From Spirochaetae bacterium HGW-Spirochaetae-3 (GTDB taxonomy: Bacteria > Spirochaetota > Spirochaetia > Treponematales > UBA12059), in NCBI GenBank assembly GCA_002839315.1, contig PGXV01000005.1, positions 155,269 through 219,268 on the forward strand: a stretch of 64,000 nucleotides of DNA, read 5' to 3'. Position 1 is the first letter of the stretch. Each line of letters opens with the position of its first letter. The translations under genes and the position numbers were made by a program. Below the pieces are notes generated by a model. That model was not told where the DNA came from and did no database searches. It saw nothing but the letters and a program-made list of their open reading frames with translations. Of this stretch, positions 56,639 to 64,000 are shown piece by piece.

Positions 56639-57679
56639 ATGGAAGATGCGATCATAGATTACGCCGTACAGAGGATAGTAGAGCTCTGCGCCATTCCTAG
56701 CCCGACCGGCTATACCCGCGAGGCCGAGGCCTACGTATTCGCCGAGCTCGAGAGCCTGGGCTACGGACCCGAATTCACGAACAAGCGATCGGTGAGGGTC
56801 AAGCTGGGAGGGCAGGGGCGCCCCCTCGTGCTCGCGGCCCATATCGATACCCTCGGCGCCATGGTTCGGTCCGTGAAGCCTGGCGGGACGCTCCGCATAA
56901 CGAAGCTCGGGGGATATCCCGAGAATTACATCGAGGCCGAGAATTGCGTCGTGCATACCCGCGGCGGCAGGCGCTTCACCGGCCGCTTCCTCCTCGACAA
57001 ACCGTCGGTGCACGTCAACAACGACGTCGGATCGACCAAGCGCGACGATACCAACCTGGAGATCGTGCTCGACGAGCCCGTATCGAAGGCCGACGAGACG
57101 AAGGCCCTCGGCATAGGCCCCGGCGACTTCGTGTCGTTCGATCCGCGCACCGTCGTGACCGGCAGCGGCTATATCAAGAGCAGGCACCTCGACGACAAGG
57201 CGAGCGCCGGAGCGCTCCTGGCCCTCGCGCGCTTCGTTCGCGACGAGTCCCCGCGCTTCGACCGGGAGATATGGCTCCTGTTCACCAATTACGAGGAGGT
57301 CGGCCACGGCGGCAGCGCGGGTCTTCCTCCGGATACCGCGGAAATGCTCTCCGTCGACATGGGGGCGATGGGCGACGACCTGTCGACCGACGACCGGAGC
57401 GTCTCAATCTGCGCCAAGGACTCGGGCGGCCCCTACGACCTGGAGATGACCGATAGGCTCGTAACCCTCGCCAAGGGGCTCGGTCTTCGCCACGCCGTCG
57501 ACATCTACCCGTTCTATGGCTCGGACGCCGGGGCAGCCCTCCGGGCCGGCTACGACATCAGGCACGCTCTGATCGGCCCCGGCGTCCAGGCCTCCCACGG
57601 CTACGAGCGTACGAGCAGGGAGGCCATATCGGGCACCATCGCATTGACCGCGGCGTACTGCTTCGGGCTCCCGTCGTAG
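56639..57679 (+). CDS. M42 family aminopeptidase
   Basis: PSPTG, AHIDTLG, SRHLDDK, EEVGHG, VDMG, HGYER. Confidence 0.92.
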   Translation: MEDAIIDYAVQRIVELCAIPSPTGYTREAEAYVFAELESLGYGPEFTNKRSVRVKLGGQGRPLVLAAHIDTLGAMVRSVKPGGTLRITKLGGYPENYIEAENCVVHTRGGRRFTGRFLLDKPSVHVNNDVGSTKRDDTNLEIVLDEPVSKADETKALGIGPGDFVSFDPRTVVTGSGYIKSRHLDDKASAGALLALARFVRDESPRFDREIWLLFTNYEEVGHGGSAGLPPDTAEMLSVDMGAMGDDLSTDDRSVSICAKDSGGPYDLEMTDRLVTLAKGLGLRHAVDIYPFYGSDAGAALRAGYDIRHALIGPGVQASHGYERTSREAISGTIALTAAYCFGLPS

Positions 57680-57988
57680 AGGGGGCCGCTTCCTTATCTT
57701 CTCTTCGCCCGCCGTACGGTATCGACGACGGCGAGGAGAGCGCCCGCGCCGATACATCCGTATCCCAGTACCTCGTACTTGCCGCCGAAGACGATACCCG
57801 CCAGTATGCGAACGAGGGCCAGGCCGGATAGCCATGATATCGGCATGGTATCCTTGCTGTTACCTCCCTTGTCCCTATGTACTGAGGCGTTGCGTAGCGG
57901 GGCTATGGAAGCAAATAGCGAAGGGTCCCGGGGACGCGGTACTGTTGAGTCTTGCGCGTTTTAAATATATGGATGAAAATACACCATT

Positions 57989-58699
57989 ATGGAAGAACTA
58001 CCGAAGACGGGAATCGGAGAAAAAGGCCGGCTCGTAGCAACGATCATTATCTTGCTCGTCGTCGGATTCTCGGCTGTTATAGTACTGACATCCAGGGCGA
58101 CTGCCGCTTCCGGGCTGGTCGCAGGCGCGATCATTGCCAGCGTGTCGATAGCGCTCTCGGCGGCCGCGGCCGGCGCCGCCCTCGACCGGTTCCAGAATAG
58201 GCTTGAGCGGACCGCTTCCCACGATCAGCTGACCGGAGCCCTCAATTGCATGGCTTTCTCCGTGTTGTGCGACCACGCGGTCAAGGAATCGCGCCGGAAC
58301 GGGACGCCCCTGTCGGTGGCCTTGTTCGATATCGATGACTTCAATCGGGTCAACGCGGAATTCGGAAAGAAGGCCGGAGACAAGGTCCTGCGCCTCATCG
58401 CGGCCGGCGGACAGTCGGGGTTGCGTCAATGCGACCCGTTGTGCCGTTGGGGCGGCGACGAGTTCATCGCCCTGCTCGCATCGTGCGATACCGACGGCGC
58501 TTTGGCCGCGGCCGATAAATTCCGTACCTCCGCGTCCGACCTATGCGCCGTCGAGGGGCCGTCCGGAGTTACGATCAGCGCCGGCGTCGCTACGATGCGG
58601 CCTGATGAGAGTTTCTATTCCTTGGTCGGCCGGGCGGACGAGTCTCTCGCGTCCGCCAAGCGTAAAGGGAAGGCCGCGACCGTCGTAGCCGAGGGCTGA
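57989..58699 (+). CDS. Diguanylate cyclase, 2 TM, no periplasmic sensor
   Basis: HDQLTGALN, DIDDF..VN, RWGGDEF. Confidence 0.85.
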   Translation: MEELPKTGIGEKGRLVATIIILLVVGFSAVIVLTSRATAASGLVAGAIIASVSIALSAAAAGAALDRFQNRLERTASHDQLTGALNCMAFSVLCDHAVKESRRNGTPLSVALFDIDDFNRVNAEFGKKAGDKVLRLIAAGGQSGLRQCDPLCRWGGDEFIALLASCDTDGALAAADKFRTSASDLCAVEGPSGVTISAGVATMRPDESFYSLVGRADESLASAKRKGKAATVVAEG

Positions 58700-58760
58700 A
58701 TCGCCGGTCGTCGAGTCGCACCCGTTGTATTTTTCATACGGATCGTTAAAGATGGCCCCT

Positions 58761-60236
58761 ATGGAAGAAGCACGGCGATCCGGCATAGGCGAAAAGTACA
58801 GGCTCATCGGAAGAATCACCGTATTGCTCGTCGCGGGCTTCGTTGGTACGAGCCTGTTCGCGTTCTTCGCGGCCAGGGACTCGATACGGGCGTCCATCGA
58901 GCGCGATTCCCTGCCCGCGGCCGCCGAGTACGTTCATGCCGCCCTCCAGAAGGAACTGCTCCAGCCGCTATTCGTCTCGTCGATGATGGCGAACGACACC
59001 TTTCTCCACGACTGGGTGGAACGGGGCGAGACCGACGTCGACGCCGTCATCACCTATCTATCCGAGATACGAAATCGTTACGGGGCGTTTACTACGTTCT
59101 TCGTATCGGACGCTACCTCACGCTACTACCAGGCGGACGGCGTACTCAAGGTCGTGAAGCCCGACGAGGCCCGCGACGGTTGGTACTACCGCGTCCGCTC
59201 GATGCCCGAGCCCTATGAGCTTAACCTCGATCCGGACATGGCTCACGGCGACGTCATGACCGTTTTCATCAATTACCGCGTGCTCGACAGATACGGCGAC
59301 TTCCTCGGCGCCGCCGGCGTAGGGCTGGCTATCGAATCGATGAACGGCATAGTCGAGGATCTCCGGCTCAAGCACGATACGGCCGCGTACTGCGTCGACG
59401 CCTCGGGGCGCGTGCTCATCGGCTCGCCGTACGGCGTCGAAGCGACTCCGACGGTCTCGGACGACGCGGCGTTGAGTAGGGCGGCCCGCGCGGCCATCGC
59501 TGACGGCGGAGGCTCGTACCGGTATAGGCGCGGGCGCGACGAACGGCTCCTGCTGGTCAAGTACCTCCCGGAGCTGAAATGGTATCTATTCGTAGAGCGG
59601 ACCCCGTCCGCGGCGATGTCGGGCGCCAACCGAGCCCTCTGGCTCAACCTGGCGTTCTTCACGCTCGTCATCGCCGCCGTCATCTCGCTTACCGCCATCA
59701 CGATAGACCGCTATCAGTCCCGGCTCGAGCGTACGGCCTCGTACGACTCGCTGACCGGCGCCCTCAACCGTATGGCTTTCGCTGTCCTGTGCGACCACGC
59801 GGTCAGGGACTCCAGGCGGAGCGGTACGGCCTTGTCGGTCGCCATGTTCGACGTCGATGATTTCAAGCGCATCAACGACGCGCGGGGACATCTCGCGGGC
59901 GATAGGATACTCAGGCTCATCGTAGACGGCGGGCGGTCGGGCCTGCGGCAGTGCGATTCGCTGTGCCGATGGGGCGGCGAGGAATTCATCGTGGCGCTTA
60001 CGGCGTGCGCCGCGGATGGCGCTATCGCCGCCGCCGATAAGTTCCGCGCTTCCGCTTCCGCCCTCTGCTCGGCCGAGGCCGGGATGGTAGTCACGATAAG
60101 CGCTGGCGTCGCTACCCTGCGCCCGGACGAGACGTTCGAGTCGCTCGTCGGGCGGGCCGATGACGCGCTCCTCGCCGCCAAGCGGGGCGGTAAGAATAGG
60201 ACGATCGCCGCCGAGAGCCGGGTATCCGCGCCTTAA
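58761..60236 (+). CDS. Diguanylate cyclase with Cache-type sensor
   Basis: TM, MANDTFL.DW, D.WYY, FINYR, TM, DSLTG, RWGGEEF. Confidence 0.9.
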   Translation: MEEARRSGIGEKYRLIGRITVLLVAGFVGTSLFAFFAARDSIRASIERDSLPAAAEYVHAALQKELLQPLFVSSMMANDTFLHDWVERGETDVDAVITYLSEIRNRYGAFTTFFVSDATSRYYQADGVLKVVKPDEARDGWYYRVRSMPEPYELNLDPDMAHGDVMTVFINYRVLDRYGDFLGAAGVGLAIESMNGIVEDLRLKHDTAAYCVDASGRVLIGSPYGVEATPTVSDDAALSRAARAAIADGGGSYRYRRGRDERLLLVKYLPELKWYLFVERTPSAAMSGANRALWLNLAFFTLVIAAVISLTAITIDRYQSRLERTASYDSLTGALNRMAFAVLCDHAVRDSRRSGTALSVAMFDVDDFKRINDARGHLAGDRILRLIVDGGRSGLRQCDSLCRWGGEEFIVALTACAADGAIAAADKFRASASALCSAEAGMVVTISAGVATLRPDETFESLVGRADDALLAAKRGGKNRTIAAESRVSAP

Positions 60237-60321
60237 AAAAGAATGGAAAAAAAGCGATATCCGAGTCGGTTCCCCGCGCGCGTGCTATTATATATTAAAT
60301 AGAAAAGAGGAGGATCCGGCT

Positions 60322-61236
60322 ATGAGCGATCCCGATTCGGTACAGTTGGCGACGCTCGTAGACGGAGAGGACCCGAACGCGGTTATCTCTGAAGCCGGGC
60401 GTATCCTGAAATTCTGGTTCGACGAGGCAGTCTGGTCGCCCATCGGATCGGTAGCCTCGGACGTCGTAGGCTTGTTCGACGGTCGCTTCCCCGGATATCG
60501 GGCCTGCGATACCGATTATCACGATATACGCCATACCATGGCCGTCCTGCTGGCTACCGCGAGAATAGCGGACGGTCTTTTCATCGAGCGGTCCCCGTAC
60601 GATCCGTCGTTGGCTCGCGACCTTCTAATAGCCGCTTTATGCCATGATACAGGCTATATACGTACTATGGACGAGGCCGGCGGCACGGGCGCGCGCTTTA
60701 CCTCCATCCACGTACGACGCTCGGCCGACTTCGCGCTGGCGAACGCCGGTCGCTGGGGGCTCGACGACGATAGCGCAAGCCGCGTCGCCCGCATCATCTA
60801 CGCGACGGGGCTCAAGGGCGAGTACGACGATCAGGCCTGGGCCGACGACGCGGAGCGGGAAGCCGGGTCTATCATCGCTAGCGCCGACCTGGTCGGCCAG
60901 ATGGCCGACCGCGCGTACCTGGAGAAGCTCCTCTTCCTCTACTACGAATTCAAGGAAGCCGGCTTCCCGGGGTACGAAACCGAATTCGATATGCTCCGGA
61001 AAACGATGAGCTTCTACGATATGACCATCTCGATGCTTGACGGCCGGTTCCACGGCGTCCGATCGCTCGCTCGCAGGCACTTCGCGGAGCGATGGGGCGT
61101 GGATCGCGACCTCTACGACCAGTCGATGAAGCGCCAGATCGACTATCTGCGCGGCATACTCGACGACGAGTCGACGAACTTCCGCAAGAAGCTCAAGCGC
61201 ATGGACCTCGAGCTGTCCCAGCCGAGGACGGCGTAG
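60322..61236 (+). CDS. HD-domain metal-dependent phosphohydrolase
   Basis: YHDIRHT, LCHDTGY, HV.RS, ADLVGQMADRAYLEKL. Confidence 0.85.
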   Translation: MSDPDSVQLATLVDGEDPNAVISEAGRILKFWFDEAVWSPIGSVASDVVGLFDGRFPGYRACDTDYHDIRHTMAVLLATARIADGLFIERSPYDPSLARDLLIAALCHDTGYIRTMDEAGGTGARFTSIHVRRSADFALANAGRWGLDDDSASRVARIIYATGLKGEYDDQAWADDAEREAGSIIASADLVGQMADRAYLEKLLFLYYEFKEAGFPGYETEFDMLRKTMSFYDMTISMLDGRFHGVRSLARRHFAERWGVDRDLYDQSMKRQIDYLRGILDDESTNFRKKLKRMDLELSQPRTA

Positions 61237-61240
61237 GCCT

Positions 61241-62431
61241 TCAAGGTCGGACGGCCGCGACGACTCGGTTGCGGCCCTCGCGCTTGCCCTCGTACAGGGC
61301 TCGGTCGGCGCTTGCGATCGCGCCATGCAATCCGTCGAGCCCTAGAGCCGATACGCCTATCGTCACGGTTATGCCGAAGGTCGTCCCGTCTTCTCGCCGG
61401 TCCTCGACGCGTATGACCATCCCTTCTATGGCTTCCCGTATCCGCTCCGCCGAGGCTAGCGCGTCGTCGTCCCTGATCCCGACGAACGCTATCACGAATT
61501 CCTCTCCGCCCCATCGGCAGCACAGGTCCCCGGCGCGTACGCGGGACGCCAGCAGCGACGCCATATCGGATAGGACGCGGTCCCCGACGTCATGGCCGCG
61601 CCTGTCGTTCACGTCCTTGAAGTGGTCTATATCGAGGATCGCGACATGGGAAGGCCGAACCGTCCGTTCCTCCGCGAGCGTCGCGAAGAAGCCCCGCCTG
61701 TTGAGGAGCCCCGTGAGCGGGTCGGTCCGCGATTCCTGCGCGAGCACTATGTTCCTGTCCGAGGCTACCTTATGGGCGGCCGCTATCTGTTCTATCGGCC
61801 TCGTGATGCGCAGCACGAGAAAACCTAGTACCGCGGCGACGGTAAAGAAAATTCCCATGGCGATCGTTAGAAGGTAAATTCTCATCCTGAATTCGGAGCG
61901 CCTAAGGAAATTGCCATCGCTCGATACGGCTATCCATCCGACCACTTCGCCGCCGTCTCCCCTGACGACGGTATACGCTCCGTTCGCCGTCGCAACGGGC
62001 CTGTCTAATGGCACCACGTTCGGAGGAGGCGCCAGGCTGGGCCTCCTCCGATTCTTCTCACTCGCTATCTCCCATCCGTTCTTCCTCGGCTCGGGCGGCG
62101 AGCCCGCTCCGTAAAGGATCATCGTATCTGACGGTAGGTATTCCTTAAGGGCGTAGTAGAGGTCGCCGTCGATGAAGCTCCCGTCCGTTCCCTTGTACAG
62201 AACCCCGCCGCGTTCGTACCACGAGCCGGGGACGCTCGTCTCCAGGTACAGCTTCACGAGTTGCACCGCCGAGAAATGAAACGTCAGGTCGAACGTTTCG
62301 ATGCCCTTTCCGAGCGTGTTCATGACGATCAGCGTCGCGCCGAAAGTCACGAACGCGACCGTGAACATCACGATGGCGAATATCTTCCTGCGTAAGGGGT
62401 GTTGTTTCTTCTTCATCCGCGTATTAAGCAT
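61241..62431 (-). CDS. Membrane diguanylate cyclase
   Basis: Two TMs, TDPLTGLLNRR, DIDHFKDVND, RWGGEEF, ADRALY. Confidence 0.88.
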   Translation of the reverse strand: MLNTRMKKKQHPLRRKIFAIVMFTVAFVTFGATLIVMNTLGKGIETFDLTFHFSAVQLVKLYLETSVPGSWYERGGVLYKGTDGSFIDGDLYYALKEYLPSDTMILYGAGSPPEPRKNGWEIASEKNRRRPSLAPPPNVVPLDRPVATANGAYTVVRGDGGEVVGWIAVSSDGNFLRRSEFRMRIYLLTIAMGIFFTVAAVLGFLVLRITRPIEQIAAAHKVASDRNIVLAQESRTDPLTGLLNRRGFFATLAEERTVRPSHVAILDIDHFKDVNDRRGHDVGDRVLSDMASLLASRVRAGDLCCRWGGEEFVIAFVGIRDDDALASAERIREAIEGMVIRVEDRREDGTTFGITVTIGVSALGLDGLHGAIASADRALYEGKREGRNRVVAAVRP

Positions 62432-62481
62432 AATGGGCGGCGATCGCAATATCAAATCACCGACCGAAATCGCGCGGAGCC

Positions 62482-63786
62482 TTATTTCCCCGATACGCCG
62501 ACGCCTCCCGCGAGCATATACGGCAGTATCGCCGAGCCGTAATCGACGCGCTCCCTCGATACGGCTCGGATAGCCTTGAACAGCGACGCCACGTTGCCGG
62601 CGATCATGGTCTCGCCGACGGGGCGTACTATCCTGCCGTCTTCGATTAAGTAGGAATTCTTGGCGACGCCTGAGAAGTCGCCGTTGTCGGAAGGCGAGCC
62701 TCCGGAGAAGCGAGCGAGGAGGAGGCCCCTCTTCACGTCGCGCACCATGTCGTCCAAGGCCGTCTCTCCGGGATCGACGACGATGGCGCCTCCGCCCGAC
62801 GGGCATCGCGGCTTGCCGGTCTTGTTCGATCCGTAGAGCCCGAGGGTGAAATTCCTGAGGGTTCCGGCCTCGATGATGGGGCAGTTCTCCGCTCGGAATC
62901 CGTCGCCGGTGTAGGCGTAGCCGGCCTCGATGGATGGGCCGTTCGGTTCCGACCGGATCGACACGAGCGGCGAGACGACCGGTTTCCCGAGCCGGTCCTT
63001 CCACGGTGAGTTGCCGGTGATGAGCGGATAGTCTCCCAGGTAGACCGAGTCGACGTAGCCGACGAAGTCGCCGAGGCAGTCCGGCGTCAGGATGACGTCG
63101 CCCTCGAATGAGCCGTCCACGGACGAGACGCGGGTCTGCCCCGAGGACTGCCGCATCAGGGAGTCTATTGTCCCCCAGTCCTTGAGCGCCTTGCGCAGGT
63201 CGCGGTGGGCGGCGCCGGAGTAGTTGAAGCTGGACGCGTCGGAGCCGTCCTTGCTCGTGAACATCGCGAAGAAGCTGTAGAGCCCGGAACGCTCCTCGAA
63301 TTCGGCGCCGTTCGAGTTGGAATAGAACGACTCGCCCCGGCCGAAGTCGAGCACGCATTGCTCGAGCCGGGTCGTAGGATAGGCCGAGCGCGCGTAGTCG
63401 ATGAACTCGCGGAGCCGGTCGTACATCGCCGCGCTGTCGGGCTCTGTCGCGCCGGCGCGGAAGCTCTCGAGGGGACGCGCCGGGGAAACGTCGTTGGCAG
63501 GGTCGGGCTCGCTCGACCGCGCCATGGCTATGGCGTCCGCGGCGGCGCCCCGTATCGACTCGTCGTCGTACCGGTTCACCGATATCGACCCCTTGCGGCC
63601 CCCGACATGGGCCGTCAGCCCTATCGATACGTTTACGGTGGTCCGGTACAGGCTCATCCTGCCGGCGTCGACGTTCAGCTCGCTCTGCTCGCCTCGGGAC
63701 AGCGAGGCCTGCGCCTTGTCCGCGCCGGCCGCCTTCATGGCCTCGACGGCCTTCCTCGTCAGCTCGATCCCGTTAAAATCGGCCAT
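62482..63786 (-). CDS. TldE/PmbA family protein
   Basis: GDFSG..KN..LIEDG, MIAGN; follows tldD with TGATG overlap. Confidence 0.85.
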   Translation of the reverse strand: MADFNGIELTRKAVEAMKAAGADKAQASLSRGEQSELNVDAGRMSLYRTTVNVSIGLTAHVGGRKGSISVNRYDDESIRGAAADAIAMARSSEPDPANDVSPARPLESFRAGATEPDSAAMYDRLREFIDYARSAYPTTRLEQCVLDFGRGESFYSNSNGAEFEERSGLYSFFAMFTSKDGSDASSFNYSGAAHRDLRKALKDWGTIDSLMRQSSGQTRVSSVDGSFEGDVILTPDCLGDFVGYVDSVYLGDYPLITGNSPWKDRLGKPVVSPLVSIRSEPNGPSIEAGYAYTGDGFRAENCPIIEAGTLRNFTLGLYGSNKTGKPRCPSGGGAIVVDPGETALDDMVRDVKRGLLLARFSGGSPSDNGDFSGVAKNSYLIEDGRIVRPVGETMIAGNVASLFKAIRAVSRERVDYGSAILPYMLAGGVGVSGK

Positions 63787-64000
63787 CACGCTCGCCCCCC
63801 GACGTTGACGCGGCAGCGGACGGCCGGACCGCCCATGCCTACCGGTATGGATTGCTTCTTGCCGCACATGCCCCCGCACGACCAGCTCATGTCGTCCGAA
63901 ACGGCCGTCACGGTCTTGAGCATGTCGAACGCGACGCCCGATATCGTCGTGTCCCGGAGCGCCTCGCCTATCTTGCCGCCCTTGATCTCGAAGCCCATGA
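63786..64000 (-). CDS. TldD family protein, C-terminal part
   Basis: GMCGK.QSIPVGMGGP. Confidence 0.85.
   Translation of the reverse strand, partial: MGFEIKGGKIGEALRDTTISGVAFDMLKTVTAVSDDMSWSCGGMCGKKQSIPVGMGGPAVRCRVNVGGRA

Noticed and set aside
61241..63358. 705-aa ORF suggesting a long N-terminal extension on the GGDEF protein
   Set aside because: The extension is an alternate frame of pmbA; real start is near 62431/62416
1..64000. tRNA or rRNA genes
   Set aside because: None recognised by eye; the prophage targets ssb rather than a tRNA (tRNAscan not run)

Overview
GC-rich bacterial chromosome, probably a spirochaete (inferred from the NNLNSII-EGN type Ssb and a DUF261-like phage gene). 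It is interrupted at about 14,776-45,611 by an AT-richer, apparently complete ~31 kb HK97-like siphophage prophage. Left flank: ppk1, malQ, 5'-nucleotidase, cobU-cbiR-cobS, TetR, a liv-type ABC operon whose binding-protein gene is frameshifted by an 8-bp duplication, IclR, ferredoxin. The prophage carries a large serine recombinase and sits inside the first codons of the host ssb gene: the 5' codons and RBS are at the right end, the body at the left end, and ATGAT is shared by both junctions. The most unusual signals are in the prophage: (i) an ACTAATTA box before most middle/late genes, often overlapping the upstream stop codon; (ii) short box-to-terminator non-coding units carrying anti-Shine-Dalgarno sequences; (iii) a lysis cassette with no canonical endolysin, a DUF261-like Cys/His protein, duplicated membrane proteins and two fully overprinted spanin-like ORFs; (iv) two antisense morons that are candidate anti-phage systems; (v) a -1 tail-chaperone frameshift. 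Right flank: GntR, lipase, a glycerol/glycerolipid-type oxidoreductase-kinase operon, an MFS relic, M42 peptidase, three GGDEF genes plus an HD protein, and pmbA/tldD. All family calls come from motif recognition by eye, not database searches.
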